Shown: positions 10,565 through 20,356 of the stretch, one piece after another
Position numbering within the stretch: position 1 is the stretch's first letter
Layout of the letters: each line of letters begins with the position of its first letter
Assembly (NCBI GenBank): GCA_041827565.1
Contig: JBHALC010000063.1
Coordinates: 1-28,105 of the forward strand
Direction of reading: 5' to 3'
Source of the DNA: Erysipelotrichaceae bacterium
GTDB taxonomy: Bacteria > Bacillota_I > Bacilli_A > Erysipelotrichales > Erysipelotrichaceae
Length of the DNA stretch: 28,105 nucleotides
Program-made: the position numbers and the translations under genes
The notes under the pieces: model-generated
Database searches by the model: none
What the model saw: only the letters and a program-made list of their open reading frames with translations
What the model was told of the DNA's origin: nothing

Positions 10565-12100
10565 ATGAATAATCAAAATTATGTAATTGAGATGAATCAA
10601 ATCACTAAAAAATTTCCTGGAATCATTGCAAATGACAAGGTAGATTTAAAAGTGAAAAAACAAGAAATTCATGCTTTATTAGGTGAAAATGGTGCAGGAA
10701 AATCAACTTTAATGAGTGTATTGTTTGGAATGTATCAACCTGAAGAAGGTGAAATTAAAATTAATGGAAAAACAGTAAATATTTCAAATCCAAACATTGC
10801 TAATGATCTTGGAATTGGAATGGTACATCAACATTTTAAATTAGTTCAAAATTTTACAGTATTACAAAATATTGTATTAGGAGCAGAAGATACAAAATTT
10901 GGTGTTTTAAGTATGGATAAAGCAAGAAAAAAAGTGCAAGAACTAGTACAACATTATAAGTTAAATATTGAGTTAGATGCTAAAATTGAAGATATTACAG
11001 TAGGGATGCAACAAAGGGTTGAAATTTTAAAAATGTTGTATCGTGACAATGACATTTTAATTTTTGATGAGCCTACAGCAGTTTTAACAGTTCAAGAAAT
11101 TGCTGAATTAATGAAAATTATGAAATCATTAATTAAAGAAGGGAAATCAATTGTGTTTATTACACACAAATTAAATGAGATTAAAGAAGTAGCAGATCGT
11201 TGTACAATTTTAAGAAAGGGACAGTTCATAGATTGCGTTGATGTTGCATCAACTTCTAAAGAAGAATTATCACGATTAATGGTAGGCCGTGATGTAAGCT
11301 TTGTGACAGAGAAAAAAGAATGTGAACCAAAACAAACGGTACTAAAATTAGAAAATGTTTCTGTTGAAAAAGCGGGGCACAAAAATGTGGTAAATAATGT
11401 TTCTTTCGAAGTGAAAGCTGGAGAAATTGTATGTCTAGCAGGAATTGATGGGAATGGTCAATCTGAATTAGTTTATGCAATTACAGGATTAATGCCATCT
11501 AAAGGAAATATCTACATCAATGATGAAGATATTTCGCATTATTCAATTCGAAAAAGAAATGAATTAGGACTAGCACATATTCCAGAAGATCGTCATAAAC
11601 ATGGTTTAGTATTAGATTATTCATTAGAATATAATACAGTTTTAAAAGACTACTATAAAAAAGAGTACCAAAAAAATGGATTTATAAATTTTGACGCAAT
11701 TCGTAAACAATCAGATTATTTAATTGATAAATTTGATATTCGCTCAGGACAAGGTTCTTCAACTATTACTAGAAGTATGTCTGGAGGGAACCAGCAAAAA
11801 GTAATCTTAGCTCGTGAGATTGATTCAAAACCAAATGTATTATTAGCAGTACAACCAACACGTGGTTTAGATGTTGGGGCAATAGAATATGTCCACAAAC
11901 AAATTATTGAGCAAAGAGATACTGGGTGTGCTGTATTTGTAGTTTCATTAGAATTAGATGAGGTAATGAACTTAAGTGATCGAATTTTAGTCATCTATGA
12001 AGGTGAAATTGTGGCAGATTTAAAACCAAGTGAAACAAGTAGAGAAGAACTTGGAATTTATATGACTGGTGCTAAAAGGGGGATAGGATATGAAAAATAA
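10565..12100 (+). CDS. Nucleoside/simple-sugar ABC transporter ATP-binding protein (CUT2, fused double ABC domain; YufO/NupA-like)
   Basis: GENGAGKS, GIGMVHQHF, FDEPTAVLT, ITHKL; second domain has HIPEDR, MSGGNQQK, QPTRGLDVGA. Confidence 0.9.
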   Translation: MNNQNYVIEMNQITKKFPGIIANDKVDLKVKKQEIHALLGENGAGKSTLMSVLFGMYQPEEGEIKINGKTVNISNPNIANDLGIGMVHQHFKLVQNFTVLQNIVLGAEDTKFGVLSMDKARKKVQELVQHYKLNIELDAKIEDITVGMQQRVEILKMLYRDNDILIFDEPTAVLTVQEIAELMKIMKSLIKEGKSIVFITHKLNEIKEVADRCTILRKGQFIDCVDVASTSKEELSRLMVGRDVSFVTEKKECEPKQTVLKLENVSVEKAGHKNVVNNVSFEVKAGEIVCLAGIDGNGQSELVYAITGLMPSKGNIYINDEDISHYSIRKRNELGLAHIPEDRHKHGLVLDYSLEYNTVLKDYYKKEYQKNGFINFDAIRKQSDYLIDKFDIRSGQGSSTITRSMSGGNQQKVILAREIDSKPNVLLAVQPTRGLDVGAIEYVHKQIIEQRDTGCAVFVVSLELDEVMNLSDRILVIYEGEIVADLKPSETSREELGIYMTGAKRGIGYEK

Positions 12101-13175
12101 ATTAAGTCGTTTATTTGGAAATGTTGCTCCATCACTAATGTCAATTGGACTAGGATTATTTTTTGGATTAGTGATTATTGTAGTATCAGGTTTATTAAAT
12201 AGTAAACAATCTTATGAAGATATTTGGTATGGAATTAATTCTTTAATTTTAGGATTATTTAATGAATATCCTGCAAGTTTTGGAACAGGATTGTTTAGAG
12301 CAACTCCGATTATTTTAACAGGATTATCAGTTGCCTTTGCATTTAAGACAGGATTATTTAATATTGGAGCAAGTGGACAATTTACAGTAGGGGGATTTGC
12401 AGCAATTTTTGTGGCAATTAATGGACCTTTACCTGGAATTGGAAATTGGATTTTAGCAGTGATTGCTGCTGCGTTAGCTGGGGCAATTTGGGGAAGTATT
12501 GTAGGACTTTTAAAGGCATATCGAAATGTAAATGAGGTAATTTCTTCAATTATGTTAAACTACATTGGAATGTATTTAGTTCAGTACTTAATCGTTCAAC
12601 ATGTATTTGATCATGCAAAAAATCAATCATTACCAATTCCGATGGGTACTACAACACCAACACTAGGATTAGATATTTTATTCCCTAATTCAAGTGTAGA
12701 TATTGGAATTTTAATTGCAGTAATCGCAGTGATTTTTGTGTATATTTTATTAAATAAAACAGCATTTGGATATGAGCTAAAAGCTTGTGGGTTTAATCAA
12801 GATGCAAGTTTATATGCAGGAATTAATGCTAAAAGAAATGTTGTTTATTCAATGATGATTGCTGGTGCAATTTCAGGGATAGCAGGATCGCTTGTATTCT
12901 TATCTTCAGCAGGAAAACACATCGAAATTGTGGATGTTTTAGCAAGTGAAGGATATACAGGAATTTCAGTAGCTTTACTTGGATTATCTAATCCAATAGG
13001 AGTATTCTTCTCTGGACTATTTATTGTGCATTTACAACAGGGTGGATTCTTTATGCAGTCACAAGGATATGCACCTCAAGTAGTAGAAATGATTATTGCA
13101 GCTATTATTTATTTCTCAGCATTTATTGTAATTTTCAAAGAATTTATGCGTAAGCGAAAAGGAGGTAAAAAATAA
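12090..13175 (+). CDS. Nucleoside-type ABC transporter permease I (YufP-like)
   Basis: TPIILTGLSVAFAFKTGLFNIGASGQ, VNEVISSIMLNYI, GYELKACGFN, GYTGISVALLG; overlaps the ATPase stop. Confidence 0.88.
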   Translation: MKNKLSRLFGNVAPSLMSIGLGLFFGLVIIVVSGLLNSKQSYEDIWYGINSLILGLFNEYPASFGTGLFRATPIILTGLSVAFAFKTGLFNIGASGQFTVGGFAAIFVAINGPLPGIGNWILAVIAAALAGAIWGSIVGLLKAYRNVNEVISSIMLNYIGMYLVQYLIVQHVFDHAKNQSLPIPMGTTTPTLGLDILFPNSSVDIGILIAVIAVIFVYILLNKTAFGYELKACGFNQDASLYAGINAKRNVVYSMMIAGAISGIAGSLVFLSSAGKHIEIVDVLASEGYTGISVALLGLSNPIGVFFSGLFIVHLQQGGFFMQSQGYAPQVVEMIIAAIIYFSAFIVIFKEFMRKRKGGKK

Positions 13176-14128
13176 TGAATATTGTCTATTTTAACTTCCA
13201 ACAAATGATGTATTTTACGATTCCATTACTTGTAGTTGCTTTAGCAGGGATGTATAGTGAGCGAAGTGGGATTGTGAATATTGCTTTAGATGGGAAAATG
13301 GTTATTGGAGGTTTCTCTGGTGCAATTTTTATCTATCTATTTAAAAATGACTTTAGTGTAATGCAGTTATTATTTTTCGGAATGATTATTTCTGCAATTG
13401 CAGGTGGTTTAATTTCGTTAGTGCATGCATATGCAAGTATTTCAATGAAGGCAGATCAAACGATTTCAGGAACAGCAATTAATATGTTCTCGACAGCTTT
13501 TGCAATTTTTATGGCTCGTATGATTAAAACAACACAACAAGTTGAATTTAATACGAATTTCTTAATTCAAGAAGTACCAGTTCTTTCCAAAATACCTGTT
13601 ATTGGTGATTTATTCTTTAAAAACGCATTTATTACAACTTATATTGGATTAGCAATTTTAATTATTAGTGCATTTGTTTTATATAAGACAAGATTTGGGT
13701 TAAGACTTCGTTCTTGTGGGGAATTTCCACAAGCAGCAGATTCTGTAGGGATTAATGTTGCTAAAATTCGTTATATTTCTGTAATTATTTCAGGAATTTT
13801 AGCAGGACTAGGTGGATTTATTTTCGTTGTTACTACATCAAACTCATTTAATGGGGATGTAGGAGGATATGGATTCTTAGCAGTAGCAGTATTAATATTT
13901 GGACAATGGAATCCATCAAGAATTTTATTTGCTTCTATATTCTTTGGTTTAATGAAAACATTATCAAATACATATTCAACGATTCCATTCTTAGTATCAC
14001 TAAATTTACCAACAACAGCATATAAAGTGATTCCGTTTGTGGCTACATTAGTGTTACTTGCGATTATTTCTAAAAAGTCATCTGCTCCTAAAGCATTAGG
14101 AGAAATCTTTGATAAAGGGAAGCGATAA
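13175..14128 (+). CDS. Nucleoside-type ABC transporter permease II (YufQ-like)
   Basis: SERSGIVNIALDG, ADQTISGTAIN, TRFGLRLRSCGEFPQAADSVGINV, IFGQWNP, PKALG; TAATG coupling. Confidence 0.88.
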   Translation: MNIVYFNFQQMMYFTIPLLVVALAGMYSERSGIVNIALDGKMVIGGFSGAIFIYLFKNDFSVMQLLFFGMIISAIAGGLISLVHAYASISMKADQTISGTAINMFSTAFAIFMARMIKTTQQVEFNTNFLIQEVPVLSKIPVIGDLFFKNAFITTYIGLAILIISAFVLYKTRFGLRLRSCGEFPQAADSVGINVAKIRYISVIISGILAGLGGFIFVVTTSNSFNGDVGGYGFLAVAVLIFGQWNPSRILFASIFFGLMKTLSNTYSTIPFLVSLNLPTTAYKVIPFVATLVLLAIISKKSSAPKALGEIFDKGKR

Positions 14129-14152
14129 ATCTCATTTTAGATGAGATTTTTT
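14127..14152 (+). terminator. Intrinsic terminator-like hairpin after the nucleoside ABC operon
   Basis: AAATCTCAT-tttag-ATGAGATTT running into TTT. Confidence 0.6.
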
Positions 14153-14167
14153 GCTATGGAGGTAAAA

Positions 14168-15037
14168 ATGAAAAAAAGATTTAATTTACTAGAAGTTTTA
14201 TCTTATAAAAAAACATTAAAAGATAAACTATCTAAACATAATCCAATTACCTACAAATATAAATTTTTAAAATTCTTTACAGAAGAATTAATATTTGTGG
14301 GGAATATACGAAATGTGAAAACAGTGTATTTAATTCCATATAATTCAAAAAGAGGTTATTTTTGGCCAACAAAAAGATACTATCCTTTTAATTTATTAAA
14401 AGAGGGAAGAATGAATGTTGTTTCTCGTTTTATTCCAGCTTTGATTTTATACTTTATTTTAGTAGCATTATTATTAGTTTCAACTTTATTTATTCTATAT
14501 AATCAAACTAGTTTATTGATTGTTCAATATTTAGTGATTTTAGCTGTATCTCCACTTGCATTTAAGGGAATTGGATCAAGAAGAAATGCTGCAAGTAGTG
14601 ATGCGCAATTAAAATTTGCATTTGAATCATTAGAAGAAATGAATTCTTATCAAAGAAATCAATTAGGATTTATTTTTGTGGATACAAGTAAAAGACAAAC
14701 TTTAATTAAAGCGATTGTAGCCTTTTTTAAATCTCACAACAAAAACCCATTATTAGTTGAACCAGGATTTTTTAGTGGAGAAGAATTAGGGGTAGCATCT
14801 AATAAGTTTCAAAGTAAATATGCAGTTAATTTAGCTAAAAAATACCAATTAAAATCTTTCTTATTAGAAGCATTACCAGAATATTATCATTATCAAAGAT
14901 ATGTCATGCTTTCTTATGGAAGTTTAGATAAAGATCAAGATTTTCTTTGTAGGCAAACATTAAAAAATAAAGAAGTATTAGATGAAATACAGTATCAAAA
15001 AATGAAATCAATTTTATTAGAAATAGGAAATGAATAA
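14168..15037 (+). CDS. Membrane protein, probable catalytically inactive M28 peptidase homolog
   Basis: Start moved to ATG 14168 (SD ggagg 5 nt upstream; the track's ATG 14141 lies inside the terminator stem). Central hydrophobic hairpin; flanking segments align by eye with membrane M28 peptidases but lack the Zn ligands. Confidence 0.6.
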   Translation: MKKRFNLLEVLSYKKTLKDKLSKHNPITYKYKFLKFFTEELIFVGNIRNVKTVYLIPYNSKRGYFWPTKRYYPFNLLKEGRMNVVSRFIPALILYFILVALLLVSTLFILYNQTSLLIVQYLVILAVSPLAFKGIGSRRNAASSDAQLKFAFESLEEMNSYQRNQLGFIFVDTSKRQTLIKAIVAFFKSHNKNPLLVEPGFFSGEELGVASNKFQSKYAVNLAKKYQLKSFLLEALPEYYHYQRYVMLSYGSLDKDQDFLCRQTLKNKEVLDEIQYQKMKSILLEIGNE

Positions 15038-16563
15038 TGTTACATCGGATATCAAAATTTATTACTTCTAAATTTTTTGTTGCGTGTGTTATTATTTTTT
15101 CACAGATTATTTTTGTCTTATTAACGTTTTATGCATTGCAAAAACATTATTATGTATGGCGATTAATATTGGTATTTATTGGAATAGGAGTTACTTTACA
15201 TATTATTAACCGTGAAGGGGATAATATGTTTAAATTAGGATGGATTACACTTATTTTAATTCAGCCTTTTGTTGGAGTATTATTTTATTTAATGTTTGGG
15301 AATTATCGTATTCCAAAAAGACTAAAAAATTTAGCTAAAACGGATAATCAAGAATCCTACTATCATGATGATAGCTTTTATTTGAATCAAATTAAAAATG
15401 AAGATCATAGTTATTATCGAAGCTTTAATTATTTAAGTAATGTGGCTGGTTTTCCAATTTATCAAAATACTAAAACTCGCTATTTAAAAAGTGGGGAAGA
15501 AAAATATGAAGTGATGCTATCTGAATTAAACAAAGCTGAAAAATTTATTTTACTAGAATACTTTATTATTGGTACAGGTACAATGTGGAATAAAATTTTA
15601 GAAATTTTAATTGAGAAAGTAAAACAAGGAGTTGAAGTATTTGTAATGTACGATGATATGGGATGTCTAAGTACATTACCACCATTTTATGATGAAGAAT
15701 TAAGAAAATTAGGTATTAAATGTCGAGTATTTAATCCAATACGTTTAACAGCTGCAATACACATGAATTATCGTAACCATAGAAAATTATGTATTGTTGA
15801 TGGGGAAATAGCGATTACTGGTGGAATTAATTTAGCAGATGAGTATATCAATGTTAAACGTCGATTTGGACATTGGAGAGACAGTAGTGTTTTAATTGAA
15901 GGTGAAGCAGTATGGACATTTACGGTACTTTATTTACGCTTTTTTGCATATTTAGATAATCAAGAAATAGATTATTTTAAATATAAAGCAACCTTTGACA
16001 GTGTTTCTGATACAAATGGTTATATAATTCCATATGCAGATTCACCAACCGATGAACAAGAAGTGGGTCATAGTGCACATATGAATATGATTACAAATGC
16101 TAAAGAATATTTATATATTCAATCTCCATATGTAATACTAGATCAAAATATGCAAAGTGCATTAACTTTAGCAGCTCAAAGTGGAGTAGATGTACGAATT
16201 ATGATTCCACATATTCCAGATAAGAAATATGTTTATATCCTCACAAAAGATTACTGTCGAAAGTTAATGAAATATGGAGTAAAAGTATATGAATATTTAC
16301 CTGGATTTGTGCATTCAAAAACATTTGTATCAGATGATAAATCTGCATTAGTTGGTACTGTAAATATGGATTATCGAAGTTATTTTTTACATTATGAATG
16401 TGGAGTATACTTCTATAAAAATAATATTGTGAATGAAGTAAAAGAGGACTTTGAAAAAACACTTGAAAAGTGTCGTCAAGTAAGTTATGAAGAATATGAA
16501 AATGTGGCAATAAGTGAAAAAATATTACGAATTTTATTAAATATTTTTACACCGATATTATAA
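15037..16563 (+). CDS. cls: Cardiolipin synthase (PLD family)
   Basis: N-terminal TM/PLDc_N region; two HxKxxxxD motifs (NHRKLCIVD..TGGINLADEY and VHSKTFVSD..GTVNMDYRS). Confidence 0.95.
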   Translation: MLHRISKFITSKFFVACVIIFSQIIFVLLTFYALQKHYYVWRLILVFIGIGVTLHIINREGDNMFKLGWITLILIQPFVGVLFYLMFGNYRIPKRLKNLAKTDNQESYYHDDSFYLNQIKNEDHSYYRSFNYLSNVAGFPIYQNTKTRYLKSGEEKYEVMLSELNKAEKFILLEYFIIGTGTMWNKILEILIEKVKQGVEVFVMYDDMGCLSTLPPFYDEELRKLGIKCRVFNPIRLTAAIHMNYRNHRKLCIVDGEIAITGGINLADEYINVKRRFGHWRDSSVLIEGEAVWTFTVLYLRFFAYLDNQEIDYFKYKATFDSVSDTNGYIIPYADSPTDEQEVGHSAHMNMITNAKEYLYIQSPYVILDQNMQSALTLAAQSGVDVRIMIPHIPDKKYVYILTKDYCRKLMKYGVKVYEYLPGFVHSKTFVSDDKSALVGTVNMDYRSYFLHYECGVYFYKNNIVNEVKEDFEKTLEKCRQVSYEEYENVAISEKILRILLNIFTPIL

Positions 16564-16573
16564 AGGAGTTTTT

Positions 16574-17422
16574 ATGAAAAAAGTTGGATTAGTATGTGAA
16601 GGTGGAGGAACTAAGGGAGCATATACAGCAGGAGTATTAAGCTGTTTTATTGATCAGAAAATTGAATTTCCATACTGTGTAGGTATTAGTAGTGGAACAG
16701 TAAATTTAATGGGATATATTTCTAAAGATAAGCATTTATTGAAAACAACTGCACTTGAAATTACAACAGATAAAAAAATTATTGGTTTTCATCCACTTTT
16801 AAAAGAACATCAAATTTATGGTTTAAATCGTCTTTTTAAACTTATTGAAGAAAAATGTCCGTTTAATTATGAAGCAGCAATGAATAATCCGATTGAGTGT
16901 GAAACAGGACTGTATAATATTAAAACAGGGAAAATAGAATATTTTCCTAAAAAATATTTAAATACTGAATTACCTAAAGCAAGTTGTGCTTTATTAATGT
17001 TATCTAAACCAATTTCAATTTTTGATGGTCTGTATATGGACGCAGGCTTGATTACGATGATACCAATTGAAAGAAGTATCGAAGTAGGAAATGAAAAACA
17101 TATTTTTATTTCAACTAAAGAAGATAGTTTTGTGCGTAAACCTGCACCTAAGTGGCAACAAATTCTTGCTTCATTATTTTATCCAAAACAGAAATATATT
17201 CAATCTGATTTAGAAAAAAGACATTTAAGATATGAAAAACAATGGGGAATTGTAAAGAGCTTAGAAAAAGAAGAAAAAGCCTTAATACTTAGACCAAGCA
17301 GAAATATGCATATTGGAAGAAGCACTCAAGATAAAGAAAAATTATTAGAATGGTTTGAGTTAGGATATCAAGATACTTTAGATCGAATTGAAGAAATTAG
17401 AAAATTTATAAATAGTGATTAA
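16574..17422 (+). CDS. Patatin-like phospholipase family protein
   Basis: Oxyanion GGGTKG, nucleophile elbow GISSG, catalytic Asp in YMDAG; SD aaggag. Confidence 0.88.
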   Translation: MKKVGLVCEGGGTKGAYTAGVLSCFIDQKIEFPYCVGISSGTVNLMGYISKDKHLLKTTALEITTDKKIIGFHPLLKEHQIYGLNRLFKLIEEKCPFNYEAAMNNPIECETGLYNIKTGKIEYFPKKYLNTELPKASCALLMLSKPISIFDGLYMDAGLITMIPIERSIEVGNEKHIFISTKEDSFVRKPAPKWQQILASLFYPKQKYIQSDLEKRHLRYEKQWGIVKSLEKEEKALILRPSRNMHIGRSTQDKEKLLEWFELGYQDTLDRIEEIRKFINSD

Positions 17423-17436
17423 ATCACTATTTTTTT
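17410..17436 (+). terminator. Terminator-like palindrome after the patatin gene
   Basis: AAATAGTGATT-a-AATCACTATTT running into a T tract; overlaps the stop codon. Confidence 0.6.
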
Positions 17437-17478
17437 ACGAAAATTTCACTTTTTTTTCTATAATAAATAGGAGGAAAT

Positions 17479-18198
17479 ATGAAATTATTATATTATGCAA
17501 TTAAATATCAAGGAGAATATGATAGAATAAAAAAAGCAATTGAAAATAATGAATATTATGAAGAGATACAATATGATGAATCTTATGTGACGATTTTGGA
17601 TAAAAATTATCCACAACAATTACTACATTTAGAAAAACCACCATTTGTATTATTTTATCGTGGTGATTTAGAATTGTTGAATTCAAATTTGATCTGTGTG
17701 GTAGGAGGTAGAAATTATTCTAGTGAAGCTAAAGAAAATGTAAATGAGCTTTGTAAGTATATTAAGGGAGTATACATATCGGGATTGGCAAAAGGTATTG
17801 ATGGATTTGTTCATGAAATTAGTGATATAAATATTGGTGTAATTGGGTGTGGTATTGATCAGATTTATCCAAAAGAAAACGAACATCTTTATTCAAAAGC
17901 TAAGTTAATAATTAGTGAATATCCAAAGGGAGTATTACCATTTAAACATCATTTTCCAATGAGAAATCGAATTATGGTTGCTTTATCTAAGTGTTTGATT
18001 ATTGTAGAAGGTAAAATAAATTCAGGTACACAAATTAGTGTAAATATAGCAATGGAATTAGGTAAAGAAGTTTTTGTTTTTCCCAAATCTTATTTTAATG
18101 AATATGCAAGTTTGAATCATGATTTAATTGAGGAAGGGGCACAAATAATATCAAGTAAGGAAACATTACTTGATATTAATGAATATCTTAATAATTGA
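17479..18198 (+). CDS. dprA: DNA-processing protein DprA (short form)
   Basis: PPFVLFYRGD, VVGGR, ISGLAKGIDG, IDQIYP, ISEYP, FPMRNRI, IIVEG, SGT; position upstream of topA. Confidence 0.9.
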   Translation: MKLLYYAIKYQGEYDRIKKAIENNEYYEEIQYDESYVTILDKNYPQQLLHLEKPPFVLFYRGDLELLNSNLICVVGGRNYSSEAKENVNELCKYIKGVYISGLAKGIDGFVHEISDINIGVIGCGIDQIYPKENEHLYSKAKLIISEYPKGVLPFKHHFPMRNRIMVALSKCLIIVEGKINSGTQISVNIAMELGKEVFVFPKSYFNEYASLNHDLIEEGAQIISSKETLLDINEYLNN

Positions 18199-18223
18199 AA
18201 AATAAAAAAAAATAATGTATGAT
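18195..18223 (+). promoter_or_regulatory. Sigma-A promoter of topA operon
   Basis: -35 TTGAAA (18195-18200), 17-bp spacer, -10 TATGAT (18218-18223). Confidence 0.6.
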
Positions 18224-18253
18224 AAGTAGACAAAAAAAGATGGAGAAAGTAAT

Positions 18254-20356
18254 ATGGCAAAAGTAATTATTGTAGAGTCCCCAGCTAAATCTAAAACAAT
18301 TGAGAAATATTTAGGAAAAGATTTTAAAGTTCTTTCTTCAAAAGGACACATCCGTGATTTAGCAACAACTGGAAAAGGTGGATTAGGAATTGATGTAGAA
18401 AATGAATTTGAACCTAATTATATTATTAGTAAGGATAAAAAAGAGATTGTTGCATCATTAAAGAAAACAATTAAGAAAAAAGATGAAGTATATTTAGCAA
18501 GTGACCCTGATCGTGAAGGAGAGGCAATTTCTTGGCATTTGGCTCAAGTTTTGGGTTTAGATGTGGAAGAAAAGAATCGTATCGTTTTTAACGAAATTAC
18601 TAAAAATGCAGTATTAAAGGCAGTAGAAAATCCGCGTCAGATTAATTTAGATTTAGTTCATTCACAAGAAACAAGAAGAATGTTAGATCGTATTATAGGG
18701 TTCAAATTATCTAAATTACTACAAAGTAAAATTAGATCTAAATCTGCAGGGAGAGTTCAAAGTGTTGCTTTAGCCTTAATTGCTGAAAGAGAAGAAGAAA
18801 TTAAAGCATTTATTCCAGAAGAATATTGGAATATTGAATTAGATGTTGTAAAAGATAATCAGAAATTTAAAGCGAAATTATCTAAAGTAAATCAGAAAAA
18901 ACCAAAAATTTCAAATATTGAAGAAGCACAAGAAATTATTGAACAATGTAATCAAGACTACATTGTGAAATCGGTAGAACAAAAATTAAGAAAAAAAGAA
19001 CCTAAATTACCATTTATTACCTCAACTTTACAACAAGAAGCAGCTACTAAATTAAATTTTAGTTCCAAAAAAACAATGCAAGTTGCTCAAAAATTATATG
19101 AAGGAATAAAAGTCCAAACAGGTATTGAAGGGTTAATTACATATATGCGTACAGATTCTTATCGTTTATCAAATGAATTTATTGACTCTACATTTGAATA
19201 TATAAAAAATGAATATGGTAAAAATTATGTTGGTAGTGTAAAAAAAGTAAAACAAGATAATGCACAAGATGCTCATGAGGCAATTCGTGTTTCAGATATT
19301 ACTCGTACACCTAGTAGTATTAAAGAATATTTAAGTAATGATGAATTTAAATTATATGAATTGATTTATGCAAGAACTTTAGCCAGTTTAATGGCAGCTA
19401 GTCAGTTTAATGCAACAAATGTTGGAATTGAGAATAACAGTGTATTATTTACTGCTACTGGTCAAAGTTTAGTTTTTGATGGATATTTAAAAGTATATCA
19501 AAAATTTGAGAAAACAAGTGATGAATTATTACCGTTATTGGTTGAAAACGAAATTTTAGATTCAGTAAGTATTGAAAAATCACAACACTTTACTGAACCA
19601 CCATTACGCTATTCTGAAGCTAGATTAATTAAGGAATTAGAAGAAAAAGGGATTGGTCGTCCATCTACTTATGCCTTTATTATTGATACTTTACAAGCTC
19701 GTGATTATGTAGAATTGAAAAAAACGACAGAGACAAGTAAAACAAAAGTATTTTTTCCAACAGAAAAAGGTTTATTTACGAATCTAAAATTACAAGAGTT
19801 TTTCTCGAGTATTATTAATGTGAAATATACAGCTAATTTAGAAAATCAATTAGATGAAATAGCTAATGGAGAAGTAGATTATGTAAGTGAATTGAAAAAA
19901 TTCTATCAAGATTTTATGCCTTTAGTTGATAAAGCATATGAAAATATGGAAAAAAAAGAATTAGAACTTGTTGGGGAAAAATGTCCAAAATGTGAAAATG
20001 AATTAGTTTATCGTGAAGGTAAATTTGGTAAATTTATTTCATGTAGTACTTATCCAGAATGTGATTATACACGAAATGAATTAGAAGATCCAAAGATTGA
20101 AGAACCATGTCCTGAGTGTGGTGGAGAATTAGTACACAAAAAAGGAAGATATGGTAGTTTTGTAGGTTGTAGTAATTATCCAACTTGTAAATATATTAAA
20201 AGTGATAAAGTAAAAAAAGAAGTAGTTAAATCAGGTAAAATATGTCCTGAATGTGGGAAAGAATTATTAATTCGTAAATCTCGATATGGGAAAGAATTTT
20301 TAGGATGTAGTGGATTCCCAAAATGTCGTTATATGGGAAAGGTGGAAGAAGAATGA
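18254..20356 (+). CDS. topA: DNA topoisomerase I (type IA) with three C-terminal C4 zinc ribbons
   Basis: TOPRIM IVESPAK and DPDREGE, SAGRVQS, catalytic [25 protein letters not shown]; three CPxC...CxxYP/FPxC repeats. Confidence 0.98.
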   Translation: MAKVIIVESPAKSKTIEKYLGKDFKVLSSKGHIRDLATTGKGGLGIDVENEFEPNYIISKDKKEIVASLKKTIKKKDEVYLASDPDREGEAISWHLAQVLGLDVEEKNRIVFNEITKNAVLKAVENPRQINLDLVHSQETRRMLDRIIGFKLSKLLQSKIRSKSAGRVQSVALALIAEREEEIKAFIPEEYWNIELDVVKDNQKFKAKLSKVNQKKPKISNIEEAQEIIEQCNQDYIVKSVEQKLRKKEPKLPFITSTLQQEAATKLNFSSKKTMQVAQKLYEGIKVQTGIEGLITYMRTDSYRLSNEFIDSTFEYIKNEYGKNYVGSVKKVKQDNAQDAHEAIRVSDITRTPSSIKEYLSNDEFKLYELIYARTLASLMAASQFNATNVGIENNSVLFTATGQSLVFDGYLKVYQKFEKTSDELLPLLVENEILDSVSIEKSQHFTEPPLRYSEARLIKELEEKGIGRPSTYAFIIDTLQARDYVELKKTTETSKTKVFFPTEKGLFTNLKLQEFFSSIINVKYTANLENQLDEIANGEVDYVSELKKFYQDFMPLVDKAYENMEKKELELVGEKCPKCENELVYREGKFGKFISCSTYPECDYTRNELEDPKIEEPCPECGGELVHKKGRYGSFVGCSNYPTCKYIKSDKVKKEVVKSGKICPECGKELLIRKSRYGKEFLGCSGFPKCRYMGKVEEE

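Noticed and set aside
12550-12560. TTATGTTAAAC resembling the XerD arm of a dif site
   Set aside because: It lies inside the permease CDS, and the sequence at the XerC-arm position (TGAGGTAATTT) does not match.
13286-13303. Lys in permease motif LDGKMV (AAA where a hydrophobic codon such as ATA is expected)
   Set aside because: A single-residue oddity that cannot be told apart from natural variation or a base-call error without an alignment.
16574-17422. Patatin as an anti-phage (CBASS CapV-like) effector
   Set aside because: No nucleotide cyclase or other defence genes nearby; the context is lipid metabolism and housekeeping.
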